Below are positions 40,055-48,283 of a stretch of DNA of 64,000 nucleotides, piece after piece. The stretch is from contig CALBIE010000391.1 in the NCBI GenBank assembly GCA_937893495.1, positions 1,363-65,362 of the forward strand, given 5' to 3'. Position 1 is the stretch's first letter, and each line of letters begins with the position of its first letter. A program made the position numbers and the translations under genes. The notes below the pieces were generated by a model. The model was not told the origin of the DNA, searched no databases, and saw only the letters and a list, made by a program, of their open reading frames with translations. Origin of the DNA: an uncultured Verrucomicrobiales bacterium (GTDB lineage Bacteria > Verrucomicrobiota > Verrucomicrobiia > Limisphaerales > JAYPXF01).

Positions 40055-41215
40055 TCATTTCGACAACTCCCGAGGGAGGCTTCCGTCTTCGGTTTTCTCT
40101 CCAGCCAGCAACCACGACAGGTTGAATCGTGCCACCGTTGAACCGCCCTCCGGTCCTCCCTCGAAGTTTAGATAAATCCAACCTTCACTCGGCGTTCCGG
40201 GCCGGCCGGCGTTCAAAGACGAGTACGCGCCGGGTCCGTCATAAACGAGGCGTTTGATCGGCCAGGTTTCGCCGCAGTCGAAACTGGCCCATACCGTGGC
40301 GCGTTCACGCTTCGGGTTCGGCGTGTCGATGTTGCTGAAAATCAGGATGTCTCTGCCCGCGATTGGCAGGCGCACTAATCCGCCCATACACCCATACGAG
40401 CGATGCTGATGACCGTCCGGAAGAATGTCCACGATGCGGAAGCCCGTCCACGTTTCGCCGCCGTCATGACTTATCGCCGATCGGCGACGCGTGTTCTTCG
40501 GTCGTTCCTGCCAGTGGACGCGCGAGTTGTAATAGACGTCTCCACTGCTCAATTCGGCGACAGCGGCCTCACCTGTTCCATTCTCAGGAAACGGATCGCT
40601 GGTGTGCCACGTCTTGCCGTGATCGTCGCTGTAGATGGAGCTGGTGTAATGATTCGGCCATTCGGAGCGATCGTTTTTCTTTCCGTAATAGCGGGATGGC
40701 CGCAAGAGACGACCCTTGTGTTTGCCATGCAGCAGCGTGATTCCGTGCTCGTTCATGTGCATCGAAGGCAGGTTGCCACGGCTGTCCGGATGAACAACCG
40801 GCTTCTCGGGTTGCCAGGTCCTGCCGTCATCGCTGCTGCGATAAACCGTGAGCGCCGCCGGCGGATGGTGGTCTTCAACAAACGCGAGAATGTCGCCAGT
40901 CGTTTCATCGACCGTCGTTCCCCCACCCTGAAAACCGGGGTCGGCAATGGTGATCTCCTCACTCCATGTCTTCCCGCCATCCTCACTGCGACGGGCGCGA
41001 ACCCGTTTGTTGCCCCATGTCACCAGCACCGTGCCTTTCGTCGTCACGACGATATTGGGGAAGCGTTCGCCCTTGAACACCTGCTGCATCTCCATGCGGG
41101 GTTCTCCAAGAAATGAGGCAACCGGGGCTTCAGAGGAATTGCAATGGGCGCACCCCTGCAGGAACGTCAGCGCCACCAATGGAAGAATTACACGCGAAGC
41201 AATCTTGCGAATCAT
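40055..41215 (-). CDS. BNR-repeat exo-alpha-sialidase-like lipoprotein (GH33-like beta-propeller)
   Basis: 386-aa ORF with a lipobox (LTFLQGC) and five SxDxGxTW-type BNR repeats (SEDGGKTWS, SSDDGRTWQ, SDDHGKTWH, SHDGGETWT, FDCGETWP). Confidence 0.85.
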   Translation of the reverse strand: MIRKIASRVILPLVALTFLQGCAHCNSSEAPVASFLGEPRMEMQQVFKGERFPNIVVTTKGTVLVTWGNKRVRARRSEDGGKTWSEEITIADPGFQGGGTTVDETTGDILAFVEDHHPPAALTVYRSSDDGRTWQPEKPVVHPDSRGNLPSMHMNEHGITLLHGKHKGRLLRPSRYYGKKNDRSEWPNHYTSSIYSDDHGKTWHTSDPFPENGTGEAAVAELSSGDVYYNSRVHWQERPKNTRRRSAISHDGGETWTGFRIVDILPDGHQHRSYGCMGGLVRLPIAGRDILIFSNIDTPNPKRERATVWASFDCGETWPIKRLVYDGPGAYSSLNAGRPGTPSEGWIYLNFEGGPEGGSTVARFNLSWLLAGEKTEDGSLPRELSK

Positions 41216-41270
41216 CAGGCGATTATGTCAGGCGAATCCCGATTCAGGCGACGGAATAATTTCAGGCGAA
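41216..41270. repeat. four direct copies of the octamer TCAGGCGA in 55 bp, immediately upstream of the sialidase start codon
   Basis: Copies at 41216, 41229, 41245 and 41263: caTCAGGCGAtta tgTCAGGCGAatc atTCAGGCGAcgg ttTCAGGCGAaga. Confidence 0.6.
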
Positions 41271-41281
41271 GACCGGCACGA

Positions 41282-44029
41282 TCACTTTTCCAATAACCGA
41301 CGTAGTTCCGCAAGCCTAGTGCCGTTGGCATGAAGGTAATCCTGCTGGGCGCGATAGGCGGCGGCGCGTTCGTTCTGTAGTTTTTTGTATGCCGGATTGT
41401 CGCGCAGTTTCTGGTTCTCGGCTTTCCGCGACTGGTTGATGTCCTCGTCGCTTACGAACGCCTGCGGGTAGGCTGATTCGAGCTTCCTTTGGGCGGCTTC
41501 GCTGGTCGCCACCAGCTTCTGGTAGCCGGCAGAATCCCGATGCTTCCGCCGAAGTCGCTCCAATTCCGCCTTGCGCTGGCTGTCCGGGAGGTCCGCGACC
41601 GCAGGATTCTGTTCGATGAGAAACTGGTCCAGTGCGCGATTGGCGCGATGCGTCGCGTGCAGGAGTTCTTTGTATGCCGGGTTTTCCTGGTTGAGTTTCT
41701 TGCGCAGTTCCAAGGCCGCTTTCTTGAGCTCCTTGTGCGAACTGAAGGCGGCGGGGAAGCGTTGCTTCTTCAGTTCGTCGAGGTCATCGGCCTTCTTGAT
41801 AAGGGCGCGGTATTCCGGATGGCGTTGATAGAGCCACTCATGGGCGTTGACCTTCTGAATGCTGTACTCCTCCTCCAGCGACTTTTTGACCGGGTGTTTG
41901 CCCGCGACGGATTTGATGTGCTCCAGATTGGCGGACTGCCCGCGATGCTTGCGAACCGTGAAAATCTGGATGTTGTCAAAGGCGGCCGGTCGGTCATCCA
42001 CCTGAAACGCGAAGTAGGTCCGTTCCTTGTCGAGAATGGGATGGGTGGCGTAGGCCAGGTGTTCGTGGTCGAGGTGGGCGACCAGTTGGTTGCCGATGAA
42101 CTCGACGGTCATCGTGTACCAGCGATCGGGATCGAAATCGTAGGCGCATTCGCCATGCCGGTAAGAGAAGTAAGGCCCGCTCTCATCCTTGGCGGTCTGG
42201 ACATAAAAGTGATCCGGGCGGATGTGGATGACGGCGTTGTAGTGCCCGTGACTGCCGGTCACGAGCCGGATGTCCTTCGACTTCTGCAGTTGGAAGTCGA
42301 AGCGGATGAGCGCTTCGACGTACTCGGCATCACGGAGATGGATGCGGGTGTTTTCGGATCCGGTTGCAATCCGTTGCAGGTTTCCCTTCGCGGCCGACCA
42401 ATCACCGTTGTACCAAAAGCGCTCACTGGCTTTGCCGGAAAAATGTTCGGCGAAGTAGAGCTGGCGGGGTTCGGTCAAAAGTGGGGCTGATGGAGTTCGG
42501 GCGGAAACATTCCGCCTCCAACCCGCGAGCTTCGCCTTTAGCACACTGACTTTCGCGGGATTTTTGCCGGACAAATCCGATCGTTCGGACGGATCGTCGG
42601 CCAGATGGTAGAGTTCGGTTTTGCCGGTGTCGAATCGCTCGATCAACTTCCAGTCGTCTTTGAGAATGGCTCCACCACTAAAGCCGCCAAGGAAGTGTGG
42701 CGAATCCAAAGGATAGTGCCAATAGAGGGCGTCGCGCTTGATCACTTGAGTCGCTTGTTTCCAGTTTGCGAGCATAGACACACCGTCCACGGGTTGCTCG
42801 CCTGGATAGCCAGATGGAAAACTGGTAGCAGCGGACGTGAGTCCGCTCTGATCGTTCGGGGCCCCGTTGGAAGTTTGAGCCGACTCACGTCGGCTGCTAC
42901 TGGACTGGGTGTTCTGAGCCACTCCCGCCGCGTCAAGCAGTGTGGGGAAAAAATCTGTGTTCACCGTGGGTTCATCACTGACGCCACCAGCACGAATGGT
43001 CTGCGGCCACTGCACGATCAGGGGCACCCGAACGCCGCCCTCATACAGTTCGCTCTTGCCTCCCCGCAACGGGGCGTTGGAGGTCACATTGGTCTCGCCG
43101 CCGTTGTCGCTGGTGAAGATGAAGATCGTGTTCTCCAGCAGTTTCAGATCGGCGAGCTTCGCGCGGATCTTGCCAATGCCGTCGTCGATGCCTTCGAGCA
43201 TGGCCGCAAGATGCGGATTGTGATCGGCGGCCCAGTGATGGCCGGAATCGCCTTTGCCGAGTCCCGCGTCCTCGCAAAGGTAGCAATTCGCCCGACCCGA
43301 TGGTACGGGCGCATGTTTCTTCCGATACTTCGCCACGAGGTCCGGACGGCCGTTGAGAATGGTGTGCGGCGCGTAGTGGGCAAGGTAGAGGAAGAACGGT
43401 TTGTCCTTGTTCCGGTCGATAAACTCAACCGCCTCCAGATTCAGGCGATCAGTCAGGTTCTCGTCTGCGCCAAGCCGGTTGTTGGTGATGTCCAGCCACC
43501 GGATGGGTTGATCGCGAAAGACATACGGCCACGTGTTGGCGCCATTGCCGACGCCTTTCACCTCGCTGCCGAAGTTCCAGTCGAAGCCATGTTCCGTCGG
43601 ACGAGTTTCATCCTCGGCCCCCTGAAACCTGTATCCCGTCAGATGCCACTTGCCGATCATACCGGTGGCATAGCCGTTCTTCTTCAACACCTCTGGAAGC
43701 GTCACCAGATCGGTGGACAATCGATTCGCCGAATTTGGACGGAGATAATCGAGAATGCCCAGTCGCGCCGGATGTTGGCCGGTCAACAACGCCGCACGAT
43801 ACGGCGAGCAGACCGGGGCCGCAGCGTAGGCTTGGGTGAAGAGCGTGCCTTCCTTCGCCATCCGGTCGAGGTTGGGTGTTTCATTGAACCTGTTGCCGTA
43901 GCAACCCAGTTCGGCCCAGCCGAGATCATCGGCGAGGACAAAGACGATGTTGGGTTTTGCGGCCGAACTGGCGTTCAGAGCGAACAGCAGACAGCCGGAG
44001 AACAGTAGCGTTGTCAGATGGTTCGTCAT
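41282..44029 (-). CDS. sulfatase (canonical CSPYR FGly motif) with C-terminal LamG/DUF1080-like domain and helical-repeat tail
   Basis: 915-aa ORF. KPNIVFVLADDLGWAELGCYGN, AAAPVCSPYRAALLTGQ, GKWHL. After about residue 500 there is a jelly-roll-like segment (WYNGDWSAAKGNLQ...AFDNIQIF), then repeated NPAYKELL / PEYRALIKK / SAGYQKLV / NPAYKKLQ helical motifs. Confidence 0.9.
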   Translation of the reverse strand: MTNHLTTLLFSGCLLFALNASSAAKPNIVFVLADDLGWAELGCYGNRFNETPNLDRMAKEGTLFTQAYAAAPVCSPYRAALLTGQHPARLGILDYLRPNSANRLSTDLVTLPEVLKKNGYATGMIGKWHLTGYRFQGAEDETRPTEHGFDWNFGSEVKGVGNGANTWPYVFRDQPIRWLDITNNRLGADENLTDRLNLEAVEFIDRNKDKPFFLYLAHYAPHTILNGRPDLVAKYRKKHAPVPSGRANCYLCEDAGLGKGDSGHHWAADHNPHLAAMLEGIDDGIGKIRAKLADLKLLENTIFIFTSDNGGETNVTSNAPLRGGKSELYEGGVRVPLIVQWPQTIRAGGVSDEPTVNTDFFPTLLDAAGVAQNTQSSSSRRESAQTSNGAPNDQSGLTSAATSFPSGYPGEQPVDGVSMLANWKQATQVIKRDALYWHYPLDSPHFLGGFSGGAILKDDWKLIERFDTGKTELYHLADDPSERSDLSGKNPAKVSVLKAKLAGWRRNVSARTPSAPLLTEPRQLYFAEHFSGKASERFWYNGDWSAAKGNLQRIATGSENTRIHLRDAEYVEALIRFDFQLQKSKDIRLVTGSHGHYNAVIHIRPDHFYVQTAKDESGPYFSYRHGECAYDFDPDRWYTMTVEFIGNQLVAHLDHEHLAYATHPILDKERTYFAFQVDDRPAAFDNIQIFTVRKHRGQSANLEHIKSVAGKHPVKKSLEEEYSIQKVNAHEWLYQRHPEYRALIKKADDLDELKKQRFPAAFSSHKELKKAALELRKKLNQENPAYKELLHATHRANRALDQFLIEQNPAVADLPDSQRKAELERLRRKHRDSAGYQKLVATSEAAQRKLESAYPQAFVSDEDINQSRKAENQKLRDNPAYKKLQNERAAAYRAQQDYLHANGTRLAELRRLLEK

Positions 44030-44065
44030 GCGAAAATGCAGTGGAGGGATTGGGACATGGTTCGA

Positions 44066-44148
44066 GCGTCCCTTCAGGACGCCGTAGCTATTGAAATCCT
44101 TGCCCCGGACTGAAGTCCGGGGCTTTTACGGGTGATGCCTTCAGCATC
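44066..44148 (+). repeat. REP unit 1 (three hairpins, orientation A)
   Basis: GCGTCCcttcaGGACGC ... CCCCGGACtgaaGTCCGGGG ... GATGCcttcaGCATC. Confidence 0.85.
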
Positions 44149-44162
44149 CGATTTACGCGTAG

Positions 44163-44300
44163 AGGTATTGTTATCGCCGGGCAGTTCGGACCTGCCGAGA
44201 TCCTCGGTGAGGACAAAGACGATGTTGGGTTTGCGCTCAGACGTTGCGGTTAATGCGCAGACGATTACGACAACGAAAGCGGCAATGCTTCGTAAAGATG
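44163..44300 (-). pseudogene. 5' remnant of a sulfatase gene trapped between two inverted REP units
   Basis: The minus strand encodes SIAAFVVVIVCALTATSERKPNIVFVLTEDLGRSELPGDNN, then breaks off into REP sequence. A stretch of about 40 nt (ccgagatcctcggtgaggacaaagacgatgttgggtt) is nearly identical to the 5' end of the adjacent sulfatase (43918-43955). Confidence 0.6.
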
Positions 44301-44328
44301 GCCACGAACAACCGAAGCCGATGCTGAA

Positions 44329-44412
44329 AGCATCTCCGATAACAGCCCCGGACTTCAGTCCGGGGTCATCCGCGCCCAAATGAAACGCGTCCTGAAGGGA
44401 CGTCCGATCACG
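44329..44412 (-). repeat. REP unit 2 (orientation B)
   Basis: GATGCtgaaaGCATC ... CCCCGGACttcaGTCCGGGG ... GCGTCCtgaagGGACGt; inverse of units 1 and 3. Confidence 0.85.
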
Positions 44413-44416
44413 CCGT

Positions 44417-44878
44417 TCAATCCCAAACATATCGTTCATCATAATCAACCTGATAGGCTTTCAGAAACTTCCGGAATTCAACTTGAAATGAAACTTTCCG
44501 ATGATGTTCCTGCTGTTTCCGAATGTATTCAACGACCTGGTCCGTGTCTTTCGGGCTGATACTGAACCAACCATAACCGGCCTGCCAATTGAAATGGCCG
44601 TGGATCATATTGTTGTCGTTGATCCATTTGGATGATCCGCCCTTCAATTCCTTCATGAAGTCCACGTCCGTGGTGGTCTTGGAGGATTTGATCAAAAGGT
44701 GTACATGGTCAGGCATGCCGTTGATGGCGATTAACCCAGCGCCGCGTTCTCGCACCATGCCGGTCATGTAGGAATGAATCCGATCTGCGATGTCGGTCCC
44801 GATCATCGGTTTACGGTTCTTCGTGGAGAACACGATGTGGGCGAAATTACAGTGGAGAGATTGAGGCATCGGGGGCAA
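44417..44878 (-). CDS. REP-associated tyrosine transposase (RAYT; IS200/IS605 TnpA-like Y1 HUH transposase)
   Basis: 153-aa ORF. AHIVFSTKNRKP, HUH motif PDHVHLLI, C-terminal catalytic-Tyr region VVEYIRKQQEHH. Flanked by inverted REP units 2 and 3. Confidence 0.85.
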   Translation of the reverse strand: MPPMPQSLHCNFAHIVFSTKNRKPMIGTDIADRIHSYMTGMVRERGAGLIAINGMPDHVHLLIKSSKTTTDVDFMKELKGGSSKWINDNNMIHGHFNWQAGYGWFSISPKDTDQVVEYIRKQQEHHRKVSFQVEFRKFLKAYQVDYDERYVWD

Positions 44879-44882
44879 TCGG

Positions 44883-44965
44883 GCGTCCCTTCAGGACGCC
44901 ATTGTTATCGTTTTCCTTCCCCCAGACTGAAGTCCGGGGCTTTTAGGGATGATGCTTTCAGCATC
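44883..44965 (+). repeat. REP unit 3 (orientation A)
   Basis: GCGTCCcttcaGGACGC ... CCCCaGACtgaaGTCCGGGG ... GATGCtttcaGCATC. Confidence 0.85.
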
Positions 44966-45003
44966 GATTTCGTGCGTCTCTCAGTTGGGCTCAGTTTCGG
45001 ACA

Positions 45004-46743
45004 TCACTTGTCCGCCTTCGGAGCGTTCTTTTTCTTGACCGGTTTCTTGGACTTGGGGGCAACCACGTTTCCCTTTTTGTCGATCCCGAGTTCATCAACG
45101 ACTTCTTGCTTTGAACTTTCGCGCCAAGATGAATTCTTCATCTGACCTTTGCAGATGGCTGTCTTCGCGGTGTGCTCGCGTTTCGCCGCCTTCAAACCCG
45201 TTTCCAGCTTGGCACGCTGCTTCTCGATGTCCGGCGGATTCTTCGCCTTGAGAGCCTCAAGGTCGCGCTGGAATCGTTCCTCCTTTTTCGCTAATCCTTC
45301 GTCCAGCCACTCCAGGTATGCAGCATAGACTTCCGACACGGCACCACCGTCCACTTTGTTGACATACTGCTGCCGGAGATGGTCCATCTCGGAAATTCTT
45401 TCCGGCATCTCGGCAGCGAGGTCATGCTCTTCCTTGTAATCCTTCGCCACGTTGAACAGTTTCATTTCGCCGGAGTTCAAATGTCTCATCAGCTTGTAGT
45501 CCCCGATACGAATTACGCTGATCGGCGGGTGGTAGTGGCAGGGGTAATGAAAGATCAGCCCGGGTGCGCCACGCGCAACGGTGCCCCCGTTTCCCCGTTC
45601 AAACACATCGCGGAGACTCCCTCCGTCCACGCCCGTCGGCAGCGGAGCCCGGCTGCCGGACAGATCGTGCAGTGTTGGCAGCAGATCCCATTGCACGACG
45701 GGAACGTTACACTGCGATCCCGGTTTGATTCCCGGACCGTACACCACGAACGGAACACGAAGCCCGCCCTCGAACATCGAACGCTTGCCTTCCTGCAACG
45801 GGCCGTTGAATCGATTGCCAGTCTCGTCACGGCGGCCGCGACCGCCTCCGTTGTCGGATGTGAAGATGACGTAGGTGTTGTCGAGTTCCTTTGAGTCCTT
45901 GAGCGCGTCGAGGATGGCTCCAAGACTCGCGTCGGTTTCTTCGACCATCGCCGCATACTGCCATTCCGGGAAATGCTTTTTGTATTCCTTGTCCTTCGGG
46001 CCGAGATCCGGATTTCCCGCGGCGACCCAGCGACGTCGACAACGCTCGATCGCTTCCGGAGAGGCCTGATAGGGAATGTGCACGGCGTAATGCGAGACCA
46101 TTAGGTAGAACGGTTGCTTTCCGGCGTGCTTCTTCACGAATTCAACTGACCGCCGCGTCAGATCGACGATCCGCTTGGGATTGTCGTCCGGAATCGAAAC
46201 CTTTCCCTTCACGTCGATGTAAGAGCCATGACCATTCCCATTGGGACCCCTGTCAAATTCGTCCGTGTCGTCGTAGCCGGCGTGGTCCATCCGACGAACT
46301 CCCATCCCCTTGCCGAAATGAGCCGTCACGTAGTTTTTGTCGGCGGCTTTGAGCACGGCGGCCATCGAGACTTCGTCGTCCCAACCGTCCGGTCGCTGCT
46401 TCTTGGAGAGCACGTCGAAGACGTTGCGGTACTGCATCCGCGCCGACGTCTTTCCAAACTGAATGCTGATTCGTGAGCCGGTGCAGGTCGGGGTCGGCGC
46501 GTAGCCAGAGCTGAATCGCACACCCTGCTTCGACAGTCGCTCCAGCGCCGGCGTCTGATAGAAATCGCTCTTCGAAAACGGTTCGTCATCCAACATGCGA
46601 ACCGAACTGTCCGCCCAGCCAAGGTCGTCCACGTAGAAGATGACGAAATTGGGGGGCGAATCGGCGGCCTTGAGGCTTGGCGCGAGACACAAGCAGATCA
46701 GCACCTCAATCGCGGATTGAAGGTAACAACGTAATATGCTCAT
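45004..46743 (-). CDS. sulfatase-family enzyme with non-canonical CTGSR active-site motif and Lys-rich C-terminal tail
   Basis: 579-aa ORF. PPNFVIFYVDDLGWAD, PTPTCTGSRISIQFGK (Cys codon at 46483-46485), HFGKG, FTSDNGG. The tail is KKGNVVAPKSKKPVKKKNAPKADK. Confidence 0.85.
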   Translation of the reverse strand: MSILRCYLQSAIEVLICLCLAPSLKAADSPPNFVIFYVDDLGWADSSVRMLDDEPFSKSDFYQTPALERLSKQGVRFSSGYAPTPTCTGSRISIQFGKTSARMQYRNVFDVLSKKQRPDGWDDEVSMAAVLKAADKNYVTAHFGKGMGVRRMDHAGYDDTDEFDRGPNGNGHGSYIDVKGKVSIPDDNPKRIVDLTRRSVEFVKKHAGKQPFYLMVSHYAVHIPYQASPEAIERCRRRWVAAGNPDLGPKDKEYKKHFPEWQYAAMVEETDASLGAILDALKDSKELDNTYVIFTSDNGGGRGRRDETGNRFNGPLQEGKRSMFEGGLRVPFVVYGPGIKPGSQCNVPVVQWDLLPTLHDLSGSRAPLPTGVDGGSLRDVFERGNGGTVARGAPGLIFHYPCHYHPPISVIRIGDYKLMRHLNSGEMKLFNVAKDYKEEHDLAAEMPERISEMDHLRQQYVNKVDGGAVSEVYAAYLEWLDEGLAKKEERFQRDLEALKAKNPPDIEKQRAKLETGLKAAKREHTAKTAICKGQMKNSSWRESSKQEVVDELGIDKKGNVVAPKSKKPVKKKNAPKADK

Positions 46744-46750
46744 GAATCTG

Positions 46751-46830
46751 GTTTGATGGATTATTATAGTGTGTGACTGACGCCGAAGGAGTTTGATGGA
46801 TTATTATAGTGTGTGACTGACGCCGAAGGA
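46751..46830. repeat. perfect 2 x 40-bp tandem duplication directly upstream of the sulfatase start codon; each unit carries TATAAT on the gene strand
   Basis: gtttgatggattattatagtgtgtgactgacgccgaagga occurs at 46751-46790 and again at 46791-46830. The reverse complement contains cacTATAATaatcc. Confidence 0.9.
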
Positions 46831-47063
46831 TGATGAGCCCGGCAACCACGCTTTTGCAACGGTTCTGGAGGGCAGGAAAACTGGTCGATGAGTTCATGAA
46901 AGGCTAGGGCGATGGATGCAGGATGCTGCTCGGACGTGATGAGGACAAGCCGCATTCGAAGATCAGCCGTTCGATTTCTGGAGGAATTCGGTCAGGCCCA
47001 GGCTTCAACTCAGCCAATTCCGCGGTGTTTCAGTATCGGACAGCGCAATCGGCCACTTGCGAC

Positions 47064-47147
47064 GATGCTGAAAGCATCATCCGAAATAGCCCCGGACTTC
47101 AGTCCGGGGTCACCTGCGCCCGCAGGACACGCGTCCTGAAGGGACGC
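47064..47147 (-). repeat. REP unit 4 (orientation B)
   Basis: GATGCtgaaaGCATC ... CCCCGGACttcaGTCCGGGG ... GCGTCCtgaagGGACGC. Confidence 0.85.
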
Positions 47148-47171
47148 CCGAACACACCGCTCAGTCTCGAA

Positions 47172-47255
47172 ATTGTTGTCGTTAATCCATTTGGATGATT
47201 CGCTCTTCAATTCCTACATGAAGTCCAGGGCTGTTATCGGTGATGCTTTCAGCAT
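47172..47255 (-). pseudogene. 58-bp internal fragment of a second RAYT gene plus a lone REP hairpin (decayed REP/RAYT unit)
   Basis: 47172-47229 (attgttgtcgttaatccatttggatgattcgctcttcaattcctacatgaagtcca) is about 90% identical by eye to 44608-44665 inside the intact RAYT gene (region ...DFMKELKGGSSKWINDNN). GATGCtttcaGCATC lies at 47241-47255. Confidence 0.7.
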
Positions 47256-47280
47256 CCGTTTCATTCGTCCGCGAATCGGG

Positions 47281-48186
47281 TTATCGCAATGAGACGGAGA
47301 TTGAACAAACAGGGGCACCATCGGCGAATCGAAATGCCGCATACCCGGGACTCGATGGCTTGATTTCCACGGGATCAACGCCACCAAATCTCGGTTTGGA
47401 GCCCAGCTTCTTCTCTTCCAACCATGGCTCGAGCGTGACGCGGAGCGGGCAATTCTCCACGGTGACTTGTTTGGTTACCTCGTTCCCGCTTTCCGACCGT
47501 TCGATGCGTACCCGGGTCCAGGCCGTTTCTTTCTGATCAGCCAGCCGAATTGGTATCTCGAGTTCCATCCATTTCCAGCCGGTCGGCATGGCATCGCGAA
47601 CGCGAAAGGTGTTGTCCGGAATCGAATAGGAAATCCCTGCCAATCCCTCCAGGAACAACAAAATCTTCCCGGCGTTGAAGTTGGAATACTGATCCCCGAA
47701 CAAAGTCAGATCCCGTTTGTAGGCTTCGGGCGCGACCGGAATGTCCCACTCCTGATGGTAGTTGTAATGGAACAGATGATTGACCGTGAGCTCCGACGCG
47801 GTCTTCGCCAGGCCTTGACGAAACATCCCACCGAGCGTGAAGTAGGCGGTGTCGGGCGTATAGCCAAAGGAATGATCGACCGGGGTCGCGAAGGCCTTCA
47901 TCGATTGCTTCGCCATCGCCAACGGAAAAAACTCGCCGTAGAAACCGTTTTCCCGATCCAGGGCCCAGATTGCCACCATGCGCTCGGCGTATTCGCGCGG
48001 AAAATACCGCGATTGCATGGCCCAAAAAAGGTTGGTCGTCAGCATGCCATTCTTTGGCCCGGCAAAGTAGTTTTTGTCGCCGTTCACCTCCCAACGTTGA
48101 TCGAACATCAAGCGGATGTGCTTGGGATCACGGCGTATGATTGTCTGCCAAGTCCAAGAATCAGAAACAATTGAATGACCCGCGAA
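47281..48186 (-). pseudogene. 5'-truncated glycoside-hydrolase-like gene (C-terminal part of an (alpha/alpha)6-barrel-type enzyme, tentative)
   Basis: The ORF-track entry is 47281..48111, but the frame stays open upstream to a TAG near 48187 (CFAGHSIVSDSWTWQTIIRRDPKHIRLMFDQRW...) with no plausible start or N-terminal domain. The family call is weak (FYGEFFPLAMAK, NAGKILLFLEGLAGI). Confidence 0.45.
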
Positions 48187-48223
48187 GCACTACGACTCAC
48201 TAGCTTGGAATCTTTGTGGAACC

Positions 48224-48283
48224 ATGCCAACACCCGGAGAACACAAAACCGTCCAAGCCCGGATCCTCGAATACGCCGAGGCC
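48224..48283 (+). pseudogene. 20-codon remnant resembling the N-terminus of a type I restriction enzyme R subunit
   Basis: MPTPGEHKTVQARILEYAEAI then runs straight into direct-repeat copy 1. The xHxTVQxxILxYAxxIGW-type N-terminus is recalled from HsdR-family proteins, from memory only. Confidence 0.3.

Noticed and set aside
44074-44448. 124-aa minus-strand ORF across REP units 1-2.
   Set aside because: It is a chimera of translated REP hairpins (PGLKSGA, DAFSI) and the sulfatase 5' stump, not a gene.
46751-46830. Possibility that the tandem 40-mers or the REP/MITE arrays represent a CRISPR array.
   Set aside because: There are only two directly abutting identical units with no spacers. REP and MITE copies are dispersed and lack regular repeat-spacer periodicity. 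No cas genes are present.
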